Origin: SAR324 cluster bacterium
GTDB lineage: Bacteria; SAR324; XYD2-FULL-50-16
NCBI GenBank assembly: GCA_028282885.1
Contig: JANQGX010000006.1
Span: 91,956-155,955 of the forward strand
DNA: 64,000 bases
Direction: 5' to 3'
In this document: positions 1-8,950 of the stretch, in pieces
Numbering within the stretch: the stretch's first letter is position 1
Layout: the number at the start of each line of letters is the position of its first letter
The notes under the pieces: model-generated
Told to the model about the DNA's origin: nothing
The model's input: only the letters and a program-made list of their open reading frames with translations
The model's database searches: none
Translations under genes and position numbers: made by a program

Positions 1-36
1 TCCAATTGGATAAAAATTAAGGTTTAGTGACGAAAC

Positions 37-113
37 GGGCCAGTAGCTCAGCAGGTTAGAGTACATCCCTGATAAGGATGGGGTCGGTGGTTCGAGTCCA
101 CCCTGGCCCACCA
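37..113 (+). tRNA. tRNA-Ile (anticodon GAU)
   Basis: The cloverleaf was read by eye. Acceptor is GGGCCAG/CTGGCCC, followed by TAGCTCAG. Anticodon arm is CATCC-CTGATAA-GGATG and T arm is GGTGG-TTCGAGT-CCACC. The 3' CCA is encoded. Confidence 0.9.
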
Positions 114-156
114 GCCAGTCACTAACGGTTACAATCATTGATAGAAGGTGTACATC

Positions 157-233
157 GGGGGATTAGCTCAGTTGGCTAGAGCGCCTGCCTTGCAAGCAGG
201 AGGTCAGCGGTTCGACTCCGCTATCCTCCACCA
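157..233 (+). tRNA. tRNA-Ala (anticodon UGC)
   Basis: Acceptor is GGGGGAT/ATCCTCC and includes the G3:U70 alanine identity pair. Anticodon arm is CCTGC-CTTGCAA-GCAGG and T arm is AGCGG-TTCGACT-CCGCT. CCA is encoded. Confidence 0.9.
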
Positions 234-258
234 GAGTCGCCTCGGCAGCGGGAACCAT

Positions 259-330
259 AGGCGCGTAGCTCAGTGGGAGAGCACTACCTCGACACGGTAG
301 TGGTCGACGGTTCAATCCCGTCCGCGCCTA
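259..330 (+). tRNA. tRNA-Val (anticodon GAC), atypical details
   Basis: Acceptor is AGGCGCG/CGCGCCT, giving an A1:U72 pair. D arm is GCTC-AGTGGGA-GAGC. Anticodon arm is CTACC-TCGACAC-GGTAG, which places C rather than U at position 33. T arm is GACGG-TTCAATC-CCGTC, the discriminator is A, and no CCA is encoded. Confidence 0.75.
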
Positions 331-364
331 TATCAGATTTAACCAGAGAAAAGGGGGAAAAAAG

Positions 365-910
365 ATAGCTCAACAAAAAAGAAGGAAGCTTGAAAGAGAC
401 GAGAAGACGCGGGTTAATGAGGCGATTCTCGCTAAAACTGTCCGGGCTATTGATGAAAACGGCAACCAATTGGGGATCATAGATATTGAAGAGGCTTTGG
501 AACTGGCCGATGACAAAGGATTAGACCTAGTTGAGGTTAGCGGCAAATCCGATCCCCCGGTGTGCAGGATCATGGACTATGGGAAGTTCAAGTACCAGCA
601 GAGCAAGAAACTGCATGATGCCAAAAAGAAACAGGCGGTTATCCGAATCAAGGAGATCAAGCTTCGGCCCAAAACAGAAGAGCACGATTTTCAATTCAAG
701 TTGAAACATGCTTTAGGGTTTCTGAAGGATGGGAATAAGGTTAAAGTGACGCTTCAATACCGGGGGCGCGAGATGGCTTTTTCCCATATGGGCGTTGAGC
801 TATTACAACGGTTTGCGGAAGAGGCGGATGAAGTTGGGGAAGTTGAAACCAAGCCTCGTGCCGAAGGGCGAACTACTTTTATGATATTGGCACCTAAGAA
901 AGAGAAATAG
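365..910 (+). CDS. infC: translation initiation factor IF-3, probable ATA start
   Basis: The ORF-track protein 470..910 is the IF-3 C-terminal part (LDLVEVS..PPVCRIMDYGKFKYQQSKK). The same frame stays open upstream and encodes the conserved N-terminal segment TRVNEAILAKTVRAIDENGNQLGII, with no ATG, GTG or TTG in that stretch. ATA at 365 lies 7 nt after GGGGG (353-357) and gives 181 aa. Gene confidence is high; start-codon confidence is about 0.5. Confidence 0.9.
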   Translation: MAQQKRRKLERDEKTRVNEAILAKTVRAIDENGNQLGIIDIEEALELADDKGLDLVEVSGKSDPPVCRIMDYGKFKYQQSKKLHDAKKKQAVIRIKEIKLRPKTEEHDFQFKLKHALGFLKDGNKVKVTLQYRGREMAFSHMGVELLQRFAEEADEVGEVETKPRAEGRTTFMILAPKKEK

Positions 911-912
911 AA

Positions 913-1119
913 ATGGCCGGATACAAGATCAAGACAAAGAGCTCGGCGAAGAAACGGTTCAAATTCACAAATTCGGGAAAGATCAAAAGAAGTAAGGCGA
1001 AAACAAATCATATCCTGACCAAGAAAGATCCCAAAACGAAGAGAAATCTGCGGACCAGCGGAACCATCGCTAAAGCGGATGTTCCTTCGGTCAAACGTAT
1101 GCTTCCCTACGGCAAATAG
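913..1119 (+). CDS. rpmI: 50S ribosomal protein L35
   Basis: 68-aa basic protein (MAGYKIKTKSSAKKRFKFT..GKIKR) in the canonical infC-rpmI-rplT position. Confidence 0.95.
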   Translation: MAGYKIKTKSSAKKRFKFTNSGKIKRSKAKTNHILTKKDPKTKRNLRTSGTIAKADVPSVKRMLPYGK

Positions 1120-1185
1120 GAGTTATCTTCTGCGACGCATTTAGCAGACATCCAGAAACCAACTCAGATCCAGAGATAGAAAGAA

Positions 1186-1539
1186 ATGGCAAGAATCAAA
1201 CGAGCTGTACATGCCAGAAAGAAAAAGAAGGCATATATCAAGGCGGCAAAAGGATATCGTGGAGGTCGAAGCCGGCTTCTGAGAACAGTAAAAGAGGCTG
1301 TTGATAGAGCAAGATGTTACGCTTACAGGGACAGGAAAGTGAAGAAGAGAGATTTCAGGTCTTTGTGGATTATTCGGATCAATGCTGCTGCTAGGATTTG
1401 CGGATTGACGTACAGCAAACTGATGCACGGTCTGAAACTTGCTGAAGTAGATATCGATCGGAAATCACTGGCCGATCTGGCGATATTCGATTTTGATGCT
1501 TTTAAGAGTGTAGCGGAAACCGCTAAAGCCAAACTTTAG
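1186..1539 (+). CDS. rplT: 50S ribosomal protein L20
   Basis: [31 protein letters not shown] is a typical L20 sequence, and the operon context fits. Confidence 0.95.
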   Translation: MARIKRAVHARKKKKAYIKAAKGYRGGRSRLLRTVKEAVDRARCYAYRDRKVKKRDFRSLWIIRINAAARICGLTYSKLMHGLKLAEVDIDRKSLADLAIFDFDAFKSVAETAKAKL

Positions 1540-1558
1540 CAATACCCGGTTGAACGAG

Positions 1559-1589
1559 AAAAAGGTGGTCACGAACCACCTTTTTTTTT
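1559..1589. terminator. intrinsic terminator, bidirectional in form
   Basis: GGTGGT (1564-1569) pairs with ACCACC (1575-1580) across a 5-nt loop. An A-run precedes it and a 9-T run (1581-1589) follows. It begins 20 nt after the rplT stop. Confidence 0.8.
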
Positions 1590-1868
1590 GCCCTCTTTAC
1601 CCACTTCCTGTGCCATCTTCTTTTCCCTGTTTTTAATCATCTCATTCACCAGCTTTAGCTGTGCTTTCAAAAACAGGATACCAATTCGTTTTCCCTGTTT
1701 TTTTAAGACGGGCTTATAGTCATTCAGAGCCTTGGTGAGATTACGACCCGATTCGTCGAGATATGGGCTGAGACGCTGATAAATCTGGCGAGTATTGCAG
1801 ACCTGGCGATCGATAAAGGCTGCCAGTTTTCCTATTTCCTCACCGATCTCTTTTTGGGTAACGGTCAT
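1569..1868 (-). CDS. hypothetical small Lys-rich protein (about 99 aa)
   Basis: Only the ORF supports this. The start was moved to the internal ATG (MTVTQKEIGEEIGKL...). I recognise no family. Confidence 0.4.
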   Translation of the reverse strand: MTVTQKEIGEEIGKLAAFIDRQVCNTRQIYQRLSPYLDESGRNLTKALNDYKPVLKKQGKRIGILFLKAQLKLVNEMIKNREKKMAQEVGKEGKKKGGS

Positions 1869-2126
1869 CTGTTTTCGCTTAACAAGTACAATCCTGAGAA
1901 ATATTGAAGTCCTGGTCTCAGTATCGCATCGCAAACCTGAAGCTGACAAGGGGTTATGGAAGATTGCATCTATCAAGGCAAGCAGAATTCCACTTGTAAG
2001 ACAGAGGATAAATCGATAATCTTTTCAGAACGTGTGAATCTCCGCCATGGGTAAACTATTGGCCAAGGTAAGGATCTCATTGACAGTTGATCAGTTGAAG
2101 ATAAGACAATAACGGGATTGTGGTTT

Positions 2127-3119
2127 ATGTACGAGCATATCAAGGAGCTGGAAGAGCGAATTCGCGTAGAAAGCGGTAAAATAAAGGAAGTTAAAACCGA
2201 AATCGCCAAAACGGTGATTGGTCAGGAATATATGATTGAGCGGATGATTATCGGTCTGTTGACCGGTGGTCACATACTGCTGGAAGGTTTGCCCGGCCTG
2301 GCAAAGACACTATCTGTTAACTCCCTGGCCAAGACAATGAATGCCAGATTTTGCAGGATTCAGTTTACTCCTGACATGCTTCCTGCAGATTTAGTCGGCA
2401 CCAACGTCTTTAATCCCAAAGAGGGTACCTTTTCTCCGAAAAAAGGACCGATCTTTGCGAATATCATCCTCGCGGATGAAATAAACAGGGCGCCAGCCAA
2501 AGTTCAGAGCGCACTACTGGAGGTGATGCAGGAAAAACAGGTATCCCTGGCCGGAGAAACCTATCCTTTGGATCGACCTTTTTTAGTATTGGCTACGCAG
2601 AACCCAATAGAGCAAGAGGGGACTTATCCTTTACCGGAAGCTCAAGTGGATCGGTTTATGATGAAATTGAAAGTTTCATATCCAACCAAGTCTGAAGAGC
2701 GTGAGATACTCAACCAGGTAACCTCGTTTGATCAGCAGGTAGATCTAAAGCAGATTTTGGCTCCGGAAGAGGTTCTTGCCATGAGGCAGATGATCGGGGA
2801 TGTCTATCTGGATGAGAAGATCAAAGATTATATCGTCGATCTGGTGGACGCCTCCCGTAATCCTTCTGAATACGGGCTCTCCGAATTGAAGCCCTTGATT
2901 GACATTGGAGCATCTCCGAGAGCGACGATTACCTTGGCGATTGCAGCTCGGGCATTTGCGTTTTTACAAGGAAAGGGGTTTGTTTCGCCACAGGATATCA
3001 AAGTTATAGCCCCCGATGTAATGAGGCATCGGATTATGATATCTTACGAGGCGGAAGCGGAAGAGAAGAGTTCTGACGATGTGATTCAGGCCCTGCTTTC
3101 GGAAATTCCGGTTCCATGA
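2127..3119 (+). CDS. MoxR-family AAA+ ATPase
   Basis: Walker A is GLPGLAKT and Walker B is ILADEINRA. The tail GASPRATI..L.AARA.A is typical of the MoxR/AAA_3 family. I prefer the ATG at 2127 over the TTG at 2118. Confidence 0.85.
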   Translation: MYEHIKELEERIRVESGKIKEVKTEIAKTVIGQEYMIERMIIGLLTGGHILLEGLPGLAKTLSVNSLAKTMNARFCRIQFTPDMLPADLVGTNVFNPKEGTFSPKKGPIFANIILADEINRAPAKVQSALLEVMQEKQVSLAGETYPLDRPFLVLATQNPIEQEGTYPLPEAQVDRFMMKLKVSYPTKSEEREILNQVTSFDQQVDLKQILAPEEVLAMRQMIGDVYLDEKIKDYIVDLVDASRNPSEYGLSELKPLIDIGASPRATITLAIAARAFAFLQGKGFVSPQDIKVIAPDVMRHRIMISYEAEAEEKSSDDVIQALLSEIPVP

Positions 3120-3206
3120 TAGCATAGTGCCCCGTTACGTATGACTGATAATCTGGATTATCAGTTGACTAACCATAAGGACTCAATTCCAAAAACAGGC
3201 AACAAC

Positions 3207-3797
3207 ATGATAAGATATCTTGTTTTCAGCTTTATCCTGGTGGTATTAATTAGTCTGAATGGCTATGCGGAGAAACGTGAGGTAATCGAAGCGGAGAACG
3301 AGTATGGCGGCCAGACCGTATCTACCCGATACTTGCCGGAGGATGGTGAATTCAAGCTGGCGCAGAAAACAGAATTTTTCGACCACAAGGGAATGTTAAA
3401 GAAGGTGGTGGGAACTCGTCTGGTGAATCAATATAACAAATTGAAGATCGACAAGGTCACAGAAATCTATACTGATGCCGGAACGCTTTTTAGTAGCGAA
3501 ATCATCCTTCGAAAAGAGAAAGCCAGGGAGTTAGGATACGAACGGGTCACCACAATTTTCGGACAATCCGGTGTTAAAACCAAACGGATTATCTACTACA
3601 TCGAAAGTGACTTTGATGCAAAGATTTATCAGAAAACGGTTGAATACTATTCCGCGATAGGGGAGAAAGTCAGAGCGGAAACTTATCTGACAGAACAGGA
3701 AGCCAAAAAGACGGGGTATTACAAACTGGTCACACACTACAGGGATGGTGAGATCGTTAAACAGGAGTTGTTTGACAAAGAGGGCGTGGTTTTCTGA
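3207..3797 (+). CDS. secreted repeat protein (MORN-variant/YwqK-like repeats)
   Basis: Signal-peptide-like N-terminus (MIRYLVFSFILVVLISLNGYA), followed by about five degenerate repeats of the form T-x-hydrophobic-Y/F-x3-G-x-hydrophobic. Confidence 0.5.
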   Translation: MIRYLVFSFILVVLISLNGYAEKREVIEAENEYGGQTVSTRYLPEDGEFKLAQKTEFFDHKGMLKKVVGTRLVNQYNKLKIDKVTEIYTDAGTLFSSEIILRKEKARELGYERVTTIFGQSGVKTKRIIYYIESDFDAKIYQKTVEYYSAIGEKVRAETYLTEQEAKKTGYYKLVTHYRDGEIVKQELFDKEGVVF

Positions 3798-3807
3798 AAG
3801 GAATCAA

Positions 3808-4665
3808 ATGGGTGATGAAAAGAGTTATAATGAAATTGAAATAAAAACAGCGCATTTTCGATATGGTGCAAAAAGATGGGGCGATGATAATGGAACACAA
3901 GTTTTAGCGCTTCATGGTTGGCTGGACAATGCCGCAACTTTTGATTTTTTGGCGCCGCAACTTCCCGGTCTGCAAATTGTCGCCTTGGACTTTCCCGGTC
4001 ATGGTTTTTCCGGGCACCGTCCCAAAGGCTATCGATACCACTACCTGGATTATGTGGCGGATGTTGTTGATGTCGCTGATGCCCTGCAGTGGGACAAATT
4101 CGTACTAATGGGGCATTCACTGGGAGCCGGTATTGCCAGTATCACGGCCGGAGTTTTGACAGAACGGATATCAAGTTTGATTTTGCTGGAAGGGCTTGGA
4201 GCAATGACCCGTAATCCTGAAGAGTCCGCAGAGTATTTATCCAGATCAATAAAGCAGATGAAGATCCTGGCAAAAAAAATGCCGCCTCTGTATCAAAATC
4301 TGGAAGAGATGGTTGAAGCGCGTGTCAAGGTGGGTGATATGGAGAAGAAATCTGTGGAAGCTCTTATTGACAGAAGTTATATACAATTCGAAGAAGGTGT
4401 TACCTGGCGCAGTGATCCCCGCCTCAGAATCTCATCGCCTGTTTACCTGACAGATGAGCAAGTATCTTCCTATCTCAGGAGTATTCAGGCGCCGGCCTTG
4501 TTGGTAACTGCTGAAAATGGCATATTCAGTGATCCGGAATATCTGGATAAGAGATGCGATCAGGTTGCCAACCTGACCAGGAAAGCCCTGCCGGGAGGCC
4601 ACCATCTCCATCTCGATGACCCGATACCTGTTGCGAAAACTATCCTGGAATTTATCAACGCGTAA
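3808..4665 (+). CDS. alpha/beta-fold hydrolase
   Basis: HG oxyanion motif (LALHGWLDNA) and nucleophile elbow (GHSLGAG). The start was set to ATG 3808, which avoids overlap with the upstream gene. Confidence 0.8.
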   Translation: MGDEKSYNEIEIKTAHFRYGAKRWGDDNGTQVLALHGWLDNAATFDFLAPQLPGLQIVALDFPGHGFSGHRPKGYRYHYLDYVADVVDVADALQWDKFVLMGHSLGAGIASITAGVLTERISSLILLEGLGAMTRNPEESAEYLSRSIKQMKILAKKMPPLYQNLEEMVEARVKVGDMEKKSVEALIDRSYIQFEEGVTWRSDPRLRISSPVYLTDEQVSSYLRSIQAPALLVTAENGIFSDPEYLDKRCDQVANLTRKALPGGHHLHLDDPIPVAKTILEFINA

Positions 4666-4777
4666 TGACCGGTGCGGGCCGTGGTTCTTGTTTCAACCGG
4701 ACCACCGGAGATCGCAGCTAATGTCAACACTGCATGTTCGGATTTGATTTGGAGAGATCGATGTCCAAAGAAGCCGG

Positions 4778-5065
4778 TTAGGGGTGGTTTTTATTTTTAA
4801 TGACCTGCTCAATGGAGTTTTCGACCACATCGCGGTAGTCCTCATCTTTCAGCTCTTTTCTGAGAACGATGGTTCCGGCTTGGATATACCTGGGACTTAG
4901 TTGGTTAAGGCTCAGGGCATAAACATCCTGAATGCAGATCGTGCAGTAATCGAACTCCGGAAACTGGGGGATCAATTCGCGCATGAATTGAATTACTTTG
5001 GCTTCGTTTTTGTTCTTTACTGTTTCAACGGAAACCCCAAAGACATCAAAATCTTCTTTCTTCAT
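4778..5065 (-). CDS. ComFB-like protein
   Basis: The pattern C-x-I-C-x2-D-x2-A-L-x-LN-x-L-x-P-x-Y (YCTICIQDVYALSLNQLSPRY) is characteristic of the ComFB family. The start was set to the internal ATG (MKKEDFDVFG). Confidence 0.6.
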   Translation of the reverse strand: MKKEDFDVFGVSVETVKNKNEAKVIQFMRELIPQFPEFDYCTICIQDVYALSLNQLSPRYIQAGTIVLRKELKDEDYRDVVENSIEQVIKNKNHP

Positions 5066-5381
5066 GTTTTCGCCCGTTTCATTTAATATTGGTTGCCCTT
5101 TCTGAAAAGGATCTGTCTGCCAATGGTTCAGATTCACCGAGAAACTTGGACAAAACTGCCGGCCAGAATGCATTTTCCTTTTATGATCTGAAGGTCGTTT
5201 TAGAGAGACACCTAATAGGTATCACTATCAATGCAGTATTACAACAATTTTTCCCAATCAACAGGACTTGAGACACATTGTCGCTTTTGGGGCTGATGGC
5301 TGTCTAAACTCCTTTTCATAAGGGTGAAAATAGAGTAAAAGGATAAGAAACAAGGGTTTGAAACTGAAATTCGACTTGATT

Positions 5382-6386
5382 ATGATTGAACTATTAATGG
5401 AGTATGGTCTTTTTCTCGCAAAGACGATCACCATAGTTGCCGCCTGCCTGTTTGTCGTTAGCGGATTTATGTCCCTGATGGTTAAAAGCAGATCTTTGAG
5501 AAAGGAACAGATTCAGATTTTAAGTCTGAATGAGAAGTACAAGGAGTTTGCCAGGGTGCTGGAGCAGGGGACACTTTCCAAACAGATTCTCAAGACAAAA
5601 AAGAAAAGCGAAAAAACAAAACGAAAAAGAGATAAAAGGAAGGCAAAGCAAAAGGAACCGGATGAGAACCGTCTGTTCGTTCTTGACTTTGCGGGTGATG
5701 TCAAGGCCTCTGCGGTTGAGGGACTAAAGGAAGAGATCACGGCGCTTTTGACAGTGGCAAAACCGGGTGATGAAGTCCTGCTGCGGTTGGAAAGCGCCGG
5801 AGGAATGGTCCACACTTACGGCCTTGCCGCATCACAGCTAATGCGAATCAGGAAAAGAGAGATCCCCTTGACAGTGGCGGTGGATAAGGTAGCTGCAAGT
5901 GGCGGCTATCTGATGGCTTGTGTTGCCAACAAAATCATCGCGGCTCCTTTTGCCATAATAGGGTCAATAGGAGTTATCGCCCAACTGCCCAACTTCAACC
6001 GATTGTTAAAGCGTCATGATATCGATTATGAACAGGTAACGGCCGGTGAGCACAAACGTACGTTGACTCTCTTCGGGGAAAACACCGATGAAAGCCGGAA
6101 AAAGCTAAGGCAGGAGTTGGATGAGACACATGAGCTATTCAAGGATTTTGTTGTCGAAGGAAGAAAAAATCTGGACATCGACAAGATCTCTACCGGTGAA
6201 CATTGGTACGGAAGCAAAGCGTTGGAGATGAATCTGGTGGATGAAATCATCACCAGCGATGATTATTTGCTGACAAAAAGCGCAACCCTTGGCATATTCT
6301 CAGTGAAGTATAATATCAGGAAGTCATTTCCTGATCGATTGACTTCAGGATTGAACGATGTTTACACAAGGTGGTTGTTCAATTGA
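5382..6386 (+). CDS. sohB: SohB-type S49 peptidase
   Basis: The N-terminus (LLMEYGLFLAKTITIV) resembles E. coli SohB. It is followed by a basic KKKSEKTKRKRDKRK linker and an S49 core (AASGGYLMA). Confidence 0.8.
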   Translation: MIELLMEYGLFLAKTITIVAACLFVVSGFMSLMVKSRSLRKEQIQILSLNEKYKEFARVLEQGTLSKQILKTKKKSEKTKRKRDKRKAKQKEPDENRLFVLDFAGDVKASAVEGLKEEITALLTVAKPGDEVLLRLESAGGMVHTYGLAASQLMRIRKREIPLTVAVDKVAASGGYLMACVANKIIAAPFAIIGSIGVIAQLPNFNRLLKRHDIDYEQVTAGEHKRTLTLFGENTDESRKKLRQELDETHELFKDFVVEGRKNLDIDKISTGEHWYGSKALEMNLVDEIITSDDYLLTKSATLGIFSVKYNIRKSFPDRLTSGLNDVYTRWLFN

Positions 6387-6444
6387 ATGACAGGTGTATT
6401 TATAGATATTCAGATCACAAACAATTTTCCGATCCAGGATAAAG

Positions 6445-7929
6445 ATGATGGTTAAAGATCCCATATTAGTGGTTGATGATGAAGTTGAAATGAGAATCGC
6501 CATGCAGGCAGCACTAAAACGTTGTGGCTATCCCGTCGAGCTTTCACACAACGCCATTGATGGATTTAATAAGTTCAAGAAGAACAAATACAGCCTTGTC
6601 ATCACCGATATGACCATGCCAAAACGCAGCGGTCTGGAGCTTCTGAAAGACATCAAGGCACTGGATCCTGAAATACCGGTGATCCTGATTACGGCGTATG
6701 GCACGATTGACACCGCCATCTCGGCTATGAAGCATGGAGCGTTTGACTATGTGCAAAAGCCATTTGATTTCGATACTTTCATCTTTCTGATTGAACGGGC
6801 TTTGACCTTCAAAAAAGAATCGTCCCAGCAGCAAGTCAAACCTGAACAGGCCGGCAAAAAAAGTACTGTCAAAAAACAGGAGGAGACCACCCTGGAAGTG
6901 GCCTCCTCCAAAGATATAATTACCGAAGATCCCGGCATGCAAAAGCTGTTGGAAATTGCCCGCAATGTTGCTCCGAGCAAAGCCTGCGTTCTGATTCAAT
7001 CGGAAAGCGGGACAGGTAAGGAACTGCTTGCCAGGTATATTCACAAACATTCGGATCGGGCGGAAAATCCTTTTGTTGCCATCAATTGCGCGGCATTACC
7101 GGAAAACCTGTTGGAAAGCGAGCTTTTCGGACATAAAAAAGGAGCCTTTACCGGAGCTATCAATGAGCACAGGGGTAAGTTCGAGCAGGCCAATACAGGT
7201 ACCATTCTACTTGACGAAATCAGCGAAATGCCCCTGTCGCTACAAGCCAAACTGTTGAGGGTATTGCAGGAGTATACCGTTGACAGAGTCGGCGGATCAG
7301 AAACGATTCCGGTAGATGTCAGGGTGATAGCCACTACAAATAGGGTTTTGCTGGAGTGTGTGGAAAAAGAGACTTTTCGGGAAGATCTCTATTTCAGGCT
7401 GAATGTGATTCCCATGGAACTACCGGCATTGCGCGACCGCAAGGAGGATATCAAGGTCCTGGCTGATTATTTTGTCGACAAGTATGCCAAAATCAACAAC
7501 AAGTCGATTCCTAAAACTTCTGACGAGGTTTATAAACTTTTGATGAGTTATAATTGGCGGGGGAACGTCAGAGAGTTGGAAAACATTATCGAAAGAGCAG
7601 TATTGCTTTGTGACGGTAAACTAATTCAGGTCGCAAACCTGTTGATGAATCCTGTGTCCATCAATAAGGCTGCCACTGTAGCCGAAGATAATGGCGATAC
7701 AGAAGCTGCTGAACAGGAAGCTGTTTCATCGGGTGATGCAAACGCAGATACAGTGAAGTTAAAGATTGGTATTTCAATGGCAGAAGCTGAAAAGCAGATG
7801 ATCTTTGAAACCCTGAAACATACCAAAGGAAATCGGACAAAAGCTGCTGAAATCCTTGGAATCAGTATCAGAACCTTGAGAAATAAATTAAACGAGTATA
7901 AGGATTCAGGGGATATGATCGACATTTAG
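6445..7929 (+). CDS. sigma-54-dependent response regulator (NtrC family)
   Basis: Receiver domain (ILVVDDE...ITDMTMP), AAA+ domain with Walker A GESGTGKE and the GAFTGA motif, and a C-terminal Fis-type HTH (AAEILGISIRTLRNKL). There is no adjacent histidine kinase. Confidence 0.9.
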   Translation: MMVKDPILVVDDEVEMRIAMQAALKRCGYPVELSHNAIDGFNKFKKNKYSLVITDMTMPKRSGLELLKDIKALDPEIPVILITAYGTIDTAISAMKHGAFDYVQKPFDFDTFIFLIERALTFKKESSQQQVKPEQAGKKSTVKKQEETTLEVASSKDIITEDPGMQKLLEIARNVAPSKACVLIQSESGTGKELLARYIHKHSDRAENPFVAINCAALPENLLESELFGHKKGAFTGAINEHRGKFEQANTGTILLDEISEMPLSLQAKLLRVLQEYTVDRVGGSETIPVDVRVIATTNRVLLECVEKETFREDLYFRLNVIPMELPALRDRKEDIKVLADYFVDKYAKINNKSIPKTSDEVYKLLMSYNWRGNVRELENIIERAVLLCDGKLIQVANLLMNPVSINKAATVAEDNGDTEAAEQEAVSSGDANADTVKLKIGISMAEAEKQMIFETLKHTKGNRTKAAEILGISIRTLRNKLNEYKDSGDMIDI

Positions 7930-7990
7930 GCGGAACAGAATTGCAATTGTTAATTTCAGGCCCTTGGAAGCCGGGCCTGTGATACCTGGC

Positions 7991-8950
7991 TTAGGATCTT
8001 CTTAACCCCTTGAGAAAGGTGGCCATTACCCTTTCGAATTTCTCAATCTCTTTTTTACTCATCCCCTTCAATTCCGGAAAGGAGAATGCCTGACTGTTTT
8101 CAAGCATGGCATTTTGAGATTTCAACGCATCTATGGCTTTTTTCTGTGCTTCAACGGTGCTGCTGAGGGCTTTGATTATCTGGACTGCGGATTGAACAGT
8201 GATTTTGTTTTCATCAATGTTCAATGCTTTTGTATCCAGGTTTAACCGATTCCTGAAGGCTGCCTTATGGGTGATCCCTTCCCGTCCGCTTTTCCATAGA
8301 GAATGGTAGGCGCCGATGGAGGAGGGGTTGATATTTGAAAACACCTTTTTGAGCTCCTTCAACGTTGACTGAGGGTGCTTGTCCAGATACTCATTAATTC
8401 TCTGCTTGGTGCTTATCTTTTTGGCTTTCTTGGTTTTCTCCTTTCGCCACTGGTCCAGATAATTGCTTACCGTCTTCTTGTTCTCAGATTTAAAAGCTCC
8501 CTCCAGTTTGCTCAAAGTCGTCTCCGGATTCTCACTCAAATAATTAAAGACTTGTTGGCGCAGACTCCCGGCGGCATCTTTTTTGGAAGGTCTTCCGGGT
8601 CTTTTTGCTTTGATGGGTTTTTTCTCCTTTTTCCAGGTTTTATATGTTTCATCAACGAATTTCTTATCCTGATTTGAGAATTTCCTGGTTAATTCTTCCA
8701 AGCTTGATTTTGGATTCTCATCCAGGAATTTGATCATTTTCTTTTTAATATTTAAGGCGGCTTTGGATTTGCCCTTGAGCAGGTCTTTATGCTCATTCTT
8801 GTATTCAGTGCGGCCCCGTTTTAGTGTTCTCTCACTGAATTCTTTCAGCTCATCCAAGTTAACAAGGTAGCTGGGGGTCAACTCAAAAAAATCAACTCCT
8901 TGTTTGATATATTTCTCAATAACTTCTTTGACCCTATCCTTTTTATGCAT
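7991..8950 (-). CDS. Lys-rich protein with three tandem about 45-aa repeats, an AT-hook-like motif and a C-terminal coiled coil
   Basis: The three repeats are FLDENPKSSLEELTRKF..TYKTWKKEKK, YLSENPETTLSKLEGAF..NYLDQWRKEKTKK and YLDKHPQSTLKELKKVF..AYHSLWKSGREG. The AT-hook-like motif is KRPGRPSKK. I recognise no family. Confidence 0.6.
   Translation of the reverse strand: MHKKDRVKEVIEKYIKQGVDFFELTPSYLVNLDELKEFSERTLKRGRTEYKNEHKDLLKGKSKAALNIKKKMIKFLDENPKSSLEELTRKFSNQDKKFVDETYKTWKKEKKPIKAKRPGRPSKKDAAGSLRQQVFNYLSENPETTLSKLEGAFKSENKKTVSNYLDQWRKEKTKKAKKISTKQRINEYLDKHPQSTLKELKKVFSNINPSSIGAYHSLWKSGREGITHKAAFRNRLNLDTKALNIDENKITVQSAVQIIKALSSTVEAQKKAIDALKSQNAMLENSQAFSFPELKGMSKKEIEKFERVMATFLKGLRRS

Noticed and set aside
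284-573. Minus-strand ORFs 284..469 and 370..573.
   Set aside because: They overlap tRNA-Val and the infC leader and N-terminus on the opposite strand. The sequences are low-complexity and there is no RBS.
7957-7979. Hairpin CAGGCCC/GGGCCTG between the convergent regulator and repeat-protein genes, considered as a bidirectional terminator.
   Set aside because: It has only a 7-bp stem and no U-tract on either side. That is not strong enough to list as a feature.
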